64,000 nt of DNA. Origin: Octopus bimaculoides. Taxonomy: Eukaryota. The stretch spans positions 6,907,703 through 6,971,702 of the forward strand of contig NC_068987.1 of assembly GCF_001194135.2 (NCBI RefSeq), read 5' to 3'. The position numbers were made by a program, and so were the translations under genes. Positions 16,063 to 29,425 of this stretch are shown here, piece by piece. The notes below the pieces were generated by a model. It worked only from the letters and a program-made list of their open reading frames with translations, did not search any database and was not told the DNA's origin. Positions within the stretch are counted from its first letter, which is position 1; each line of letters opens with the position of its first letter.

Positions 16063-16272
16063 AAGGCGGTGAGCTGGAAGAGTAGTTAGTGCGCCGGACA
16101 AAATGTTTTAGCGGAATTTCGCACATGCTTATGTTCTGGGAGCAAGTCCTGCTGGGGTCCACCTATCCTTTCGGGGGTCGATTAAAATAAGTACCAGTCG
16201 AGTAATGGAGCCAATGTTTTCGAATTACCCCCCACCTACGAACGTGTTGGGTTTGAGACAAAATTTAAAATC
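16063..16272 (+). mobile_element. SINE family A, full length
   Basis: tRNA-like head aaggcggtgagctgg..., central atcctttcgggggtcgattaaaataagtaccag (resembles the conserved Meta-type SINE domain, from memory), and an AT-rich tail. Confidence 0.8.
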
Positions 16273-17784
16273 AATATTTAATAATAACCTGTATATTGCA
16301 AAACTACTTTGGAATTCCTTGTATTTTTATTTGTATTGACTCGACTCTTACTGCAGAGTCATCGTCCAGCTCCTCCCCTTCTTGTTTTATTGATAATGTT
16401 TACTATGCATTATGAAGAAAGAATATTGCAAACTATGCAATTCGTTCACTACACACATATAGTATTCATTTAATCTATGTATTTCACTGTCTCTTGTCTT
16501 GGCAGCAGCACTTTTAGTCATGATATGTATCTCGACAAATCGTGTGATAACTACCTACGCGTAATATGTAACAGCTAGCAGATTACTAACGTATAAATAG
16601 CAGCTGGATTTTATTTGAGTCCTCCAGTCATAGAAGAATGTAATGTTGTGTTATTCGTTGTCTGTACTGTTTCTGTTAGTACAAACGTTCGATAATTATG
16701 TATTATCAAATTCTGTTTGCGTTTTAAACATTAATATAAATTTAATATTCTGTAAATCTATTCTGTCTTAATTCTATATTGATTTTATGTGTTGTGGTTA
16801 ACATGAGATATTTATTATATTGCTTCATTGTCTGTTGAAATCAGTTCATCTGCATGTTGAGGCCATATATATCCGCTGAAGTCTTAAATGTCTAAATTGA
16901 CTTGTATCTCAGATTAAAGGTAACCTTATCCTCAACATATAGTTCACATATGAAATTTTTGCTTGTATATCTGAAAAGTAAATTCATATCAATAACAAAC
17001 ACCACAGTAGAATATAAAACTAAGAAATTGATAAAAGAGTTTTAATATTACTGCATCATATAGACACATTAAAACATAATAGTAGAATAAAAAATTGATA
17101 ATTTAGTGACGAACTCCATCATATGTGAGCTGTTATGTCATAATAACGGAAGGCCCTATATATAACTGAGAAGACCATAGCAATACTTAATCTGAAGCTG
17201 CAAGATATATTATTTGTAAACCTGTTATTTAAAGCTCGAGTCAACAAACTTTTATCAGAGAAGCTTTTATATCTTGGAGGTGCAGTGATGTTTTTAAGCG
17301 ACAAATCGAATACAGTCATGACACCACTACTTCAAATATATAATAAAAGTTTACATTACCGATGTAAATGTGTAAATTTCTAATATTTTGGATGGAGTGC
17401 ATTTCCTATATGAAGTTGTTTCCAGTCGAGTTATTTGTCACTGTGTCTACTCTTTCTCACTAGCTTGGAGTTCTTTTCTTTACACGAATTCATTTTTAGC
17501 GAAGCTTTTGAATGAACAAATTGTATTTCAACTATACTTTCTGTTTGGTTGATGTTATTGCATAAAAGTAAAACTTTTATAAAAGTAAAAGATTTAGCGG
17601 AAGATGTTAACAGTAGTGCAAGGACCAAGGACTCATAATTGATTGCAAAGCAAAAAGCATTTTCATCATGTGCACAAGGCTGCATCATTCTTCAAAACAT
17701 CTCTACATCATACACGGACGCTAGCACAAAACGCATTTACACATATCCACACACACGTGCGCGCGCACACACATACTCACACAC

Positions 17785-17836
<52 letters not shown>

Positions 17837-20800
17837 GTGTGTTTAAGTGCAGTAACGTTTGGTTAAATGTGCGCACATATATATATGAATACACACATAT
17901 AAATAATGTAAGTAATTTGAAAATTCATAATATCAGTTCTCTTCTTTCTAATATTTATTTCTAATATTCATTTTTAAGAACGACTATTTGATTTCAAAGG
18001 AAAAATGTCAGTATTATCCAACAGCATTATTCAAGTTATATCAGACAATGTAATCGCTATTAATTTTGTAGAATTTGTTCCTGGACAATAATTCGGTTTC
18101 ACTATTTTTTTGCGATAATGATAGTTGGTGAACTAAGTATTTGTGCATCTGATCACCATTCTTTTGTTGAAGTTTAAATTTTTGCTTTCTTTTTTGTCGC
18201 AGTTTTGAAATTTATTTTGTCTCCTCACGTTCCTGTTACTTACGACTGCAGATACATCTGTTTTGATCTTGTTTTTCACCCGCAGTTACAATATTACTAT
18301 TCCTCCTAGATATCGAAATAAACTTTTCAAAGGCTGCAACATAAGTGTCGTGGAGGACTTTCAGCATGATCTTTGAGAGTATTTTCTGCATTCCGCTATC
18401 AAGACCATGGTGAGAGTCTGCCGCAACAGTATTTTCAACTGTTTGTCACCCAGCTCCATGCAAAGAAAAACAGAGTTGTCCCTAGATAAGCTAGTAATTT
18501 CTTGGTTATGTGTACATTGAACAATACAACGATTTTTTCGATGTGGTGAAGTTTCCGCAATTCAACCATTGCATGGATACTGGAATTGAGTTGTATGTGT
18601 ATAAAGACATGCGTATATATGTATGTATATATGTGCACATGACAATAAGATTTTGTATGATTCCTAATATGAAGTAACTCTAATAATTAATATGTGCGCG
18701 CGCATTTGGTGTATGCATTCTTTGTGCTTTGTGTACATAGCAATGTTTTTGTAGTGTACAAGTATCTGATCATCATGCCTTATTCCAGGAAACGTCTAAT
18801 CATATTAAATCATGTGTTCATTCGCTTATTGAAACAGAAACAGATTTGGTTAGCACCCACCGCGCAAAGATTATCTCAGGATAACTTGGATGAAACTGTG
18901 AAGTCACTAGAATTGCAATATATGCGAAGTCACCTGAAAAAGAATATTGCGCAACTATTGTCCTCGTTTTTTTAGGAATATCTTTCCTGCGCTCGGAAAA
19001 TTACTGGGGCTGAGATCGATTTGGGCGTTTTGTATGCGGAATATTGCCAAGCGTTCACTAAACTTAATCAGCTGGCCAACGTGACTGTTGGAGCATAAAA
19101 TCTGACATTCTGTAGTGGAGTATATGAATGACAATAACCAGACAACAGATCAATGCATCGGATGAAAGTTTAACACTTCAGCAGGACATTCATGGGCAAC
19201 GCTATGAAGAATTCAGTTTCAAAAAGACACATTAAGTCTGTGATGTGGGGGATGTAGACAAATAGACGGGTAGCGGTTGACGACAGTCAATTCTATCCAA
19301 GCTGAATGTATCACGAACCCATTCGCCGTACACATGCTTTGTGTCGGTTCAGTGAAAAAAAATCTATGGAATTATATCTTACAATTGGTGTCACATGTGG
19401 TGTGTATTGGATTATCCAGCAAGTGTATCTCGACGATGACTCATCACTTTCCTTAGTAGAGAAAAACTCGTCAGTCTTTCTCTCTGGCAAGAGAAGATGG
19501 CGAACAAAAATGGGTGATGAAAGCCGTAAAATCACTGAGAGTAGACATTTATCTCTCAACTCAATAACTCACCAGTTTCCTGAAATATTACTTGAACGTA
19601 AATATTATGTTGGAGAATGCGAAAATCCTACAATAACTATGTGGCTGCGGGCTGGCTGTGAGAATTCTCAGCTAACACTTTCTTTTGGTGTGTCAATTTA
19701 TTCTTGAATTTTATGTGGATAACCTCATTTCGGGAATACATTCTAATTATTATCTTGTTAATTGTCCTTTATTATTATTATTGTTTATAATTCTCATTTT
19801 TATTTACTCATATTACTGAATTCGCCATTTTTCTCAGTATATATTCTTCACTGTCTTTACCTTTTGTATTTGTACTATCCCCAATAATAAATAATTGGTA
19901 TCATTTTCCCATATCGTGTGCCTTCAGAGCACTGCTGAGCGCATGCGGTGTTTCGTTTTGGATTTGTAGTAAGTGTGCAATGTAAATGGTTACTGTTACT
20001 CTGTGTTGTGTATAAATCCTGGTGTTTTGCTTATGTACTTTGCATGCTTTCATTATTTCCCAAAGCATGATTGTTTTTGTTGTCACATCTCTTCATTTTG
20101 GTTATCTCTATCTCCAGATCTTTCGATAATTCTTCCATTCCATTTACAGATACATCGTCATCTGTTGGTACTGATGCTTTCAGACTCCTTTACTTCTGGG
20201 CCTAACAAACGACGGCCTTAATAATACTGTGTGTGTGAATTGACATATTTCCGATTATAGTCGTTTTGTAATTCTCTTCGGCAACTTCTGGTGTACAATA
20301 ATACATCCTTTTTTCTCACAGTATTCAATAATGTAATCACCAACGCTTTCATGCCTGCAAACATATTCTGGTAAATTTGAGTAGGCAGACAAAATGAACT
20401 AATTGTTTCTTTCCTGTTTGCTCGTCATTCACTTAATTCATTTTGCTTTATTAAATGCTTGTGGTAAATTTCTACTGGGGAAGATTTGAAGGTGTGTCAC
20501 AATTAAGAACACTTTAATGTCATCTTTAGGTCCTGCTCTTCACAAATGCTGCGATTTATTTTTGTCTTATTCCGTCCTGTCCGCTGATCTGGATTTGGCT
20601 GTCAGCAGCACATTTTACAGTAGTTTTTAACCGTTTCGATTTGCTAATTTTGATCTCCTTTCAATCGCATTTGGATGTTTTTAAGCAACTATTTTATATT
20701 TGTTCATTTCTTTGAAGGCAAAGGAAAGTTTTTTTATAGCAGTTAGTTCTCCATGATTTGTATTAGTTTTCCTCGATTCTTCACAACATATTTTGTAGTT

Positions 20801-22722
20801 CTACACTGAATATTTCTTAATAGTTTTCCAGTTAGATAAGGCTCCCACCTACTTGCAATCAATGTAAATATAATCTTTTGCATCATATTTTCAGTAATGT
20901 ATTCTAAATGCAGTTAGTTTTTAAACGAGTTTTTTTTACGAAATTTCTCAAATGCAAATATACCTATAAATGATAGTCCTAGATATATCGGATAAAAGAC
21001 CTATGGACAGAAAATAGTGATGGGGACACCATCAGAATTGACGTCACACAACTGCCTAACATCGGACGGCTGTTATTCCCATTACATTAGAAGAACCTTT
21101 CTAACTGAGCCATAAAATTTATAATGGATCATATTTTGGACAATACCTCTGAATCAAAAACACTTTCTTGAAATCCTTGAATTATACATTTCAAATATCA
21201 TCTGAGGTAAAAAATATCTGGTAAAGTGAGTTTATGCGATCTTTGTACGAGGAAACCTTTCTTTTTCGCAAAATTGGCTCTCTTAATCTCGTACACAATA
21301 ATGAGCTATACATTTTACAGATATAGGTGACGCTACAAAGAATCACCATACGACAACAGAAATTGTCCAGGAACATGATTAACCAATTCTAAACAGAGGG
21401 TTTTTCCAGAATACATTCGTCATATTGATTCAACATATTTGCAAATGATTTTCATCATAAATTAGTTTCCAAATTGATTGATCTTGCTAAAAATTAATGT
21501 ATATTTCAATTAGTCTGTTATCACATGGAGACAACTGATTTACATAAAAAGGGTTCCACATAATATCTCCCATAATTTGTACATTAATGAATTCCACATT
21601 ATTATGTCAACAACTCCAATCTTCACCGTCGAGAAAGAAACCGGTTTTAATTCAAATATTTTATATCATGATACTGTTTCAACTGGTCCTTGAAATTTCA
21701 CCTTGTGACTATAGTATTCCTCGATAAATTATGCTATTAATTTTTTAAAACAAATCCACAATGAAATGATTAAAGCGTTATTGCACACTTGCTGTGAAGT
21801 GCGTCACAAAGTATCAAAGGAATACTTAACCATATAAATATCTGACCAGTCGTTGCATCTGCTTTTCAAACATTCTGCAGTCGTTATTTTCCTGATTGGG
21901 TTAAAGTTATATTTTAAGTGTGATGTATTTTGCTATTCGTAAAATTTCCATCGTTATTCGAATTTCTGTGGAATCAATTTCTATTTTTTAACTGAAGACA
22001 TTTTCTGTATTGTATAAAATATATTACAATGGCATCTATTGTAAGTGCATAGTCAAGCAATGAGATCATGTCACACTTTTGCGCCCGATATTGAACACCG
22101 TGAGTAATAACATTTGTAACTGCCATACTTACATAGAACTTTGTATAATGCGTTGGTTGTTTGAAATGCAGTCGGTGTTTTGTGGTTTTGTGTTAGTGTG
22201 TAAGCTTTCCGTCTGGTGATTTTGCTGTGTATTCTGAATTTGAGCTTGAAGACTACGTGTGGTATATGTTACATTTCTTTTCATGGATTTTAATGACGCG
22301 TTCATCCATTGTGTAATCGGAAAGTTATATTTGTATGCGCATCAGTAATTTTGTCAGTTTATTGTTGTAATTTGTCTGGACTACTAATTTACTAGAATAC
22401 TTATTATTAAACTCTAATAGTGCTAGATTATACTATTTTAAACTCCTTTAGTAGATGAACATTCAAAAGCTACTCTAAGACGGGATTCGACAAATAAAAT
22501 GTTGTTTATGAGGACCATTTGGGATATGTTGTCAGTATTCTGGCTATTGAGTACGTGTATATATAATCATGGCTATATATACTAGGGGCAATTAACAGGA
22601 TGAGGACAAATGTAATGTTAAACCATGTATGACAAATGTTAAAGGAGCAATAGGCTTTTAATGCGGATTATATTTTGTACAACTAATCGAAGGAGTATTC
22701 CATCAATATTTTATCGTTGGAA

Positions 22723-22928
22723 GATGGCGGCGAGCTGACAGAGACGTCAGCACGCCGGTCGAAATGCTTAGCGGTATTTCATGTGTCTTTAAGTTTTGAA
22801 TTCAATTTCCGCCGAGGTCGAATTTACCTTTCGGGGTCGATAAATTAAGTACTAGTTGCGTAACGGTGTCGATGCAATCGACTGCCCCCTCCCGCCAAAT
22901 TTCGGGCCTTGTGCCTAGAGTAGAAAAA
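22723..22928 (+). mobile_element. SINE family A, part of the inverted duplication with 31236-31444
   Basis: Head gatggcggcgagctgacagagacgtcagcacgccgg, box-B-like gaattcaatttccgccgagg, and tail ccttgtgcctagagtagaaaaag. Confidence 0.9.
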
Positions 22929-23879
22929 GATTATACTGTTTCTATTTATACATTTACTTTCCTCAGTTATATCTACAAATTACGAAATATAATGTCCATC
23001 AATCCAGAATGTAACAGCTTACGGAATATATAAGCCTTGATAAACACCCACTCCGTAAACACAGACGACAAAAGCAAAGCAGTGCTATTATCTAGTAATT
23101 ACTAGTTTCGATAATGTACCACAGTGCTAGACAACTAAGGTACGAAAGGTATATTATTTCTCCCTGCCCAAGGGCCTCTGTAATTATTCATGAAAGCCTG
23201 GTCCCAGTTCGATGTACCAAATGTTGTCAAGTTTCAATCTTTCAGCAAAATGTTCCTCGTTGAATCTCTTCCTATTTAAAAGAATGCCGGTAAATGACAT
23301 TTTTTTGCTGTCTCTGTTGACACCCGAAAAAATACGTGCATGCACACTTCTTTTGTTGACAAGATTTCTACTCGCCAGTGTCGCTAAAATGTCTGCGTTT
23401 ACTTTTAGTTGTTGTTTACTATAAATATTTTACTTTACAATTAAATCAGTACTTTTTTTTGCTTGTTTTGTGTATGTGTCAAAAGTACGATATTGTACAT
23501 TTTCCATTGTGCTTTTGTGAATATGCTGTGTGATATCCATAACCTTTTTTTGTCAATGACCTGAAGGCAAAGAAAAACTGTAAAAAATGTAACACAGAAC
23601 TTATACTTTTCTTTTGTCAACCTCTGAAAGAGGAGAATTTAAACTGCAGAAAGTTATTTGTATGTTAGTATTCTTCGTAAAAAATTTATTTCCGTTAGCA
23701 GAATGTTTCCGAGCGAGGTTTAAGAAAACGTATACATTTGTAAATGATAAAAATAATAATAGTCTCAAACTCTGATAAAAGGCCAGAAATTTTGACGGTT
23801 TGAAGTAAGTCAATACCATGGACCCAAGTGCTTGACTGGTACTTTATTTTATCGACTTTATTTTAATTGCTATGATCAT

Positions 23880-24275
23880 ATCCCGCCGTCTTTCGTTGAG
23901 AATGAGCGAGTAAAGTACATATGGGATATGACCATCTTTACAAACAGGCACGTAGGACATAATCGTTTTGACGTCATGACTGTGCACACATGAATGAATC
24001 ATAGTAGAAGTCGGTGTTTCTGCTGACCAGAATGTTTAAATTACCGAGGGAGTGAAGGTAAACAAATACCAGGATTTGGCAAGCCAGGCACGAGAAATAC
24101 ATCAAGCAACAGTCAAAATTGCCCCTTTTGTTATCTCTGCACTCGGAACAATTTCAAAGAATCTGGATGCAGTACCTGAGATCTTCGGCTTGCTACATAT
24201 ATTATGGGAATGTAGAAATGAGTGCGGTGCTTTTAGAAGCTCATGTGAGGAGGAAGGTGTTGAGTCTCGGAGCTG
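23880..24275 (+). mobile_element. R4/Dong-clade non-LTR retrotransposon, 3' fragment (restriction-like endonuclease region), decayed
   Basis: Manual translation gives VENERVKYIWDMTIFTNRHVGHNRFDV ... KVNKYQDLASQAREIHQATVKIAPFVISALGTISKNL ... SAVLLEAHVRRKVLS. This is the typical R4-clade C-terminus, with frameshifts and stops. Confidence 0.8.
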
Positions 24276-24939
24276 AGGCATAATTACACACAATCCGACC
24301 GTGAAACGCCTAAGTGTTGGAAAAACAACGAAAAAATGATTTTTTAAAAATCTACCCCAGTACTTCACTGGTACTTTATTTTAACGACTTCAGAATGACG
24401 AGAGATAAAATAAGAGTTCCAAGAACACATACTCAATGTCTGTAGAGACCCCAATATACGTAAATAAATTAAAAGGTCGCCGAGAAGTATGCGCAACGAG
24501 ATGAAACAGAAGAATCCATTGTGAAAGCAAAACAAAGAAAAGCAGAAACCAAATCGAACGAAATTTCAGAGCAGCTTAATAGCAACAAGAAAAGAGAGAA
24601 AACAAGTCTCGAGGCAAAATCAGGTAAAAACTAAACATTAAATATCAACAAATAATATATGAGAATCTTCAAAAGCTCTTCAGAAACAATGTTAGGAAAT
24701 TTTACTAATAGCTGAGCCATGAGAATTAACATCAAGGGAATGATTTAGCAAATACTGAAGTATTTGTTATGTCATTCGATCAAATATTTGGAGCAAAGAG
24801 ATTCAATACACTAGTGAGTTGAACTGGTTATGGAAGTTTAAAATTGAAATGGCCTAACGATAAAATGTTTACAAATATACCAAATATAGTAAAAGTTCCT
24901 CAATCCTATGTTGTTTCGTTAGTGAACAGAACTGTTGAA

Positions 24940-25345
24940 AACTCTATCTTCTGCCCATTTCAGTCTCTTCTGCTTATGAACATCCTTCAGAGGGGGGGGG
25001 GGGCTTGTAACAAGTTTAACATTCCTGGCTACCTGCTTCAAGAGGCGACACCTGGTAGTTTTGGATACCTCCTCCCTGCCACAATGTTTGAAGATTTCTC
25101 TACTTGTCAGATATGGGTTCTGCACAACTCTCCTTTTCACCCATGATAAAATACGATTCGAAGCAACCCTCGAATGGCCCTTATCTGCCCTCGATCGGAC
25201 AAAAATAGGAGACTGCAAAAATTTCTTCATTGTTCGGTGATTCCTTACCAGTATTTTGGATACTTCTATGGTTGTTTTTCCTCTTCCAAGCTTTGACACA
25301 ATGGTAGACTTCTCATTTGAAGTAAGATCACATTTCTGATCCTTA
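24940..25345 (-). mobile_element. Tc1/mariner transposase N-terminal (HTH) remnant
   Basis: DLTSNEKSTIVSKLGRGKTTIEVSKILVRNHRTMKKF...SKTTRCRLL...PPPLKDVHKQKRLKWA is a characteristic Tc1 paired-like and homeo-like region. It is truncated before the DDE domain. Confidence 0.85.
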
Positions 25346-26373
25346 ATTATACTTAAATTGGATACATGCCTAATAATTTGGGATAGCAGAAATATTGCTG
25401 CTACACGATAATGGCTGCCGTTTGTTTTCGTCTGCGCAGATCCAATTTATTTTAACAGAATTTACGCAGGTAAGGGTTGCCAACAGTCAGTGAGAAAACA
25501 ACTGATTTTGAACGTATATACACTTATTTATTGAGAGAAGGTTGATTTGCCTAACAATGTGGGACGCAGTGTACTATCTTTCTTGAGGTTTCTATATATT
25601 TATTTATTTAATATTTATTTCTCTACTTGCTATTAAGTATCCTCTGTTATAGCGTTTAATGTGGTAGCATCTCCCCTCGAATGATGTTAACTCCGCATGA
25701 TTTTGTAGTTTTTGTAATTTGTTTGTGCTATAACTTACCCTTCGATATTTTACTCCATGTCTTGGGCCCTTGCGGCCAATAAAAGAAGCAATCATCTTTC
25801 ATTGTCACCGGGAACGCTCGTGGTTAATGAAAAGATGAACAATTTATTAGAGAAGGTGATGAGATGTTAAGAAACAAAACTAAACTGCAGAAGTAAATTA
25901 TTAGAAAATGTGAAAACGTGGAGAATAATATCCTAAGAGGACTCTTTGTCTCATACCTGAGAGGAATATAATGAGAAAATCCACACCTGCAAAAAGAGAT
26001 TGCTAAAACCAGGGTCAAAATAAATATTCTGGCATACATTGATAAACTGTACAGAAAAACTGAAAAATACCTGGAGTCACTAGTCCAATCTGTAAGAATA
26101 TTTGTTTATAGGTATGAGTCTTAGGCTGAACAAGTCTGCAGTTATCACAGAAACATAACTCAAGATGAAATCATTAGATTACTGTGCTGCAGCACAGAAT
26201 TTTGTCAGCGAACAGGTCGCGGTCTCAAAGCGACGAAAATATTTTGACAAATTAAATTTAAATGTTGAAGTGAATCTAACGGTCTGTGTGTGTTATTTTA
26301 AATGGCTTATAAACACCTTCCACGCTATAACAATATTGATAATAATAACAACGAAAACAACTACAGCAAAAAT

Positions 26374-26387
<14 letters not shown>

Positions 26388-26440
<53 letters not shown>
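26388..26440. repeat. (AAT)n microsatellite at the 5' edge of the R4/Dong fragment
   Basis: Directly visible. Confidence 0.95.
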
Positions 26441-26469
26441 TAGCTGAAAAAAGTATCAATGAAAAACAG

Positions 26470-27151
26470 AAACTGAGAGCACTATACTTGCAGCGAAAGA
26501 CGAAGTTTTGGCCACACATTGGAGGGCAAACCTTTGGAATGAGCAAGTATCTCCACTGTACGACTTCTGTAATAGAGTAGACGAAACCTTTGCCTGTATA
26601 ATGAATGAATGCCCTAGACATTCCCACAACCATTACAAGCTGTGGTAACACGATGAGGTAGCGAAAGTGCTATAATGGAAACTGTGTGAAAAGCGGGGGT
26701 CTAGAGAGAAGTTAGATGTGGTATGAGCCCAAACCGTAGAGAATGGCAGAGTCGAAGACGTGCAAAATCCTGTGGGATTTCGCAATCCAGATGAACCAAG
26801 TGCTAGAGCATAACAGACCGTCCCTGGTGGTGGTGGAAGGAAGGCGAGAAAATAGAAAAGATAGATAAAGTATAATCCTCATAGGTAGGAAATAACCCGG
26901 ATATGGGAAATGAAGAAAGTTAAGATAGTGTCAATTAATGATGGTTCCTTGGGGACAGAATCAGACGGTATCAGCAAGACTATATAGAAAATCGGAATAG
27001 AATGTCCAGTAGAACTGTTACAAAAGGCTTGCCTCCCTGCCACGGCCAGAATAATCAGGAAAGTATTAGATAGTTGAAAAACACAGATTGCAGGCAAAAA
27101 GCCCACTACACATGCAAAACTTTAGGAGTTCCAACAAATCTTGAATTAACA
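26470..27151 (+). mobile_element. R4/Dong-clade non-LTR retrotransposon, 5'-truncated copy (CCHC knuckle, RLE, C-terminus and short 3' UTR)
   Basis: Fragments read AAKDEVLATH...VSPLYDFCNRVDETFACIMNECP, HDEVAKVL*WKLCEK, KILWDFAIQMNQVLEHNRPSLVVV, EITRIWEMKKVKIVSI and LLQKACLPATARIIRKVLDS*. It is flanked by (AAT)n on both sides. Confidence 0.85.
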
Positions 27152-27249
27152 AATAATAATAAGTTACTCATAGATAAAATGGTAATGAAGATTGTTAACG
27201 AAGAAGGACAAATTTATCAATGGCCTGGATATACTACCGCAAGACCTAT

Positions 27250-27780
27250 GACATGATTCCACGTCTTTGGATCAGAAAACGTTTGAATATGTCTGTGATT
27301 GCAAAGAACGTCAATAATGTTTCTTAGAAAAAACATGGAAAATTGGAAGACAGGACTAACATCATAAAGATAGCACCAAGCAACGTAATAATTCAAGCAG
27401 AGTATTTTTTCAGGGTGACAGTGTCTCCTTGACTATTCGTTTAGAAATAAAGAAAATAATCCGCAGGCATGAAACCAGGACTTGAATACACAGGAAGTTA
27501 AGTCAACATTAGGAAGTACTAAGAAAAGGGAGGTGGTAAAAGTATACACCAGATCGGGTTCCAGAGAATCACAAAGCAGCCATACTATGAGATATGTTAA
27601 TGCATGCAATATTGTTGCCAGAGGTCAATTGGAAAATGTGTGGATTCTAGTTGACTTAACATTCTCAACGAGTGATAATATTTTTCCTAGAGAAACGGAG
27701 AAATTACTGAGATATATAACTCTTTAGATAGAGGAAACATAAATGTTAGGATTCAATGCAGAAACACTCTCTATGGTAAG
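27250..27780 (+). mobile_element. Non-LTR reverse-transcriptase fragment, R4-like, decayed
   Basis: DMIPRLWIRKRL...NMENWKTGLTS...IFQGDS(V)S resembles R4 RT motifs (DMVPHSWI...NWKTELT...GIFQGDSLSP). There are many frameshifts. Confidence 0.6.
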
Positions 27781-28960
27781 CGATAAGTGCCTTGGGAATG
27801 GTGAAAAAAACTTTAAGCAAATACTTAGCGAAACATCAATAACTTACAAACTTGCACATTCTTCAGAAATTAACACACATACGTACTGCACATATATTAA
27901 GTAGAACACTTAAATACAATGAAAGATGGAAACCTCAACAAAACACTTCTCCTACTGGAGGTACACAGAGATGTGTCTCAAAAGTACAGTTAAATGATGC
28001 AGTATATTTCAGACTGCAAAGTAATAATAATATGATGGTTTTACTTACTGCAAAAATTTAGCTACAATATACAGTGCAAAAGCTTAACTGGGATAGTCTA
28101 GTTACATTTTTACTTTTCCGTAACAGCTTCACAAAAAACTATAGTTTTAATTCCAATATATGAAACACCGCATTCATTCAAATTTGTCGTTGACTGTTTG
28201 GAAGTTAAGGTTTTTTAGAAAGCCGCGTAGGATAGTCATATAGTTATATTGCAAACCCACATCATCCCACATTTATCGCCAGCACCACTCTGATCACTCA
28301 CACCCTGCAAATAAGTCAAGTCCAAAGTCCAAATGTTTGAGAATAAACGGATTTGTACTAAAACAGGAGATTATTGCAAACATGAAATGATTTTATGAGC
28401 CATTATGCCAGCTACGATTGTACTGAATGACACCTGAATTTGAATGGCAAATAACAATTCGAAAATTGAATACGAATGACAAACTTTCAAAGAAAAATTA
28501 CTGAAAAATACCGTTCTTTCAAAATTAATATCCGTTTATTGTGTACTTTAGACGTTACAAAAATGTAAAGCAAATTCTAACTAGTACGTCTAACCCTAAT
28601 GAAAACTGCATTAGTATTTCTGAACGCTGTACCTCTAAAAATAGTTAAGAGAGAGATAAGAATTGTTCATTGTATAACTGAAAGAGTCAAGTCAATTCCA
28701 TCACAGGTTTCAAGAGTAATGTTATGATTTCTACAGATGGTATGACGTGTAATGATTACGCATTTGATCAATCAATTGACTAGTACTTTATTTTATTGAC
28801 TCCGAAATTCGCGGAATTTGAACTCATGGTGTATAGAGTCGAGAAAAAAGCTATGCAAGTTGTCCAACTTCGCAGAAAGAGTACAAACGCGGACATGACA
28901 AGGTTGCCCAAAACCTTCACTGGCTAATATGCCAGAAGTATGGATACGAGGTAACGGGTG

Positions 28961-29005
<45 letters not shown>

Positions 29006-29024
29006 CGCCTGAACACGTGCTCAA

Positions 29025-29262
29025 CCAGGTTGACAGATGCTGTTATAATACATTGCTGGGTACATTGACATTTTGCATCGTTTTAGCCATCGAATGAGGC
29101 CACCTCGCTGGGTAGGCGAGCAAGCCAACATTCCCAGCAACATGTAATGAAGTATGTTGCTCGAGAGCAAAACGCACCGCCCGTTCTCGGAATCAAAGCT
29201 ACAATCTAGCGATTGTATGTGCAACAGCTCAACCACTAGCTCACGTGCCAAGCCATGATCGA
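29025..29262 (-). mobile_element. tRNA-derived SINE, family B
   Basis: The reverse strand reads ggcacgtgagctagtggttgagctgttgcac...gctttgattccgagaacgggcggtgcg...ctcgagcaacatacttcatt: a degraded A box and B box followed by a central domain. Confidence 0.65.
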
Positions 29263-29289
29263 TCGTTGACCAAACACCATTCATTTTTT

Positions 29290-29425
29290 TTCTCCGTGTT
29301 TTTCTCCTTGTTTTCTCCGTACTCTTCCTGTTGAAGAGCGTAGCTCGAAACGTTAAAGACTTTCTGTATTCCCGAGCGTCAAACTAATACATCCCTTTGT
29401 TGTTTACACCACCTGTCCTCGTCTG
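29290..29425 (+). repeat. Penelope-like terminal repeat fragment abutting (TA)n
   Basis: ttgaagagcgtagctcgaaacgttaaagac resembles the (C)TGAAGA...CGAAACGT motif found at Penelope-like element ends. The family assignment is from memory only. Confidence 0.4.

Noticed and set aside
19306-19707. 133-aa + strand ORF in a GC-richer island
   Set aside because: No domain or splice context was recognised. Most likely a decayed LINE fragment, but I could not assign the family.
20480-20760. Possible additional Tc1 N-terminal remnant on the minus strand
   Set aside because: Only vague similarity (KIVA.KTS...KTTVK) with many frameshifts, which is insufficient to call.
23190-23545. Minus-strand frame of about 115 codons with a single stop (MDITQH...K*NIYSKQQ...GPGFHE*)
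   Set aside because: No recognisable motif. Stop-free runs of about 75 codons are expected by chance several times in 64 kb over six frames.
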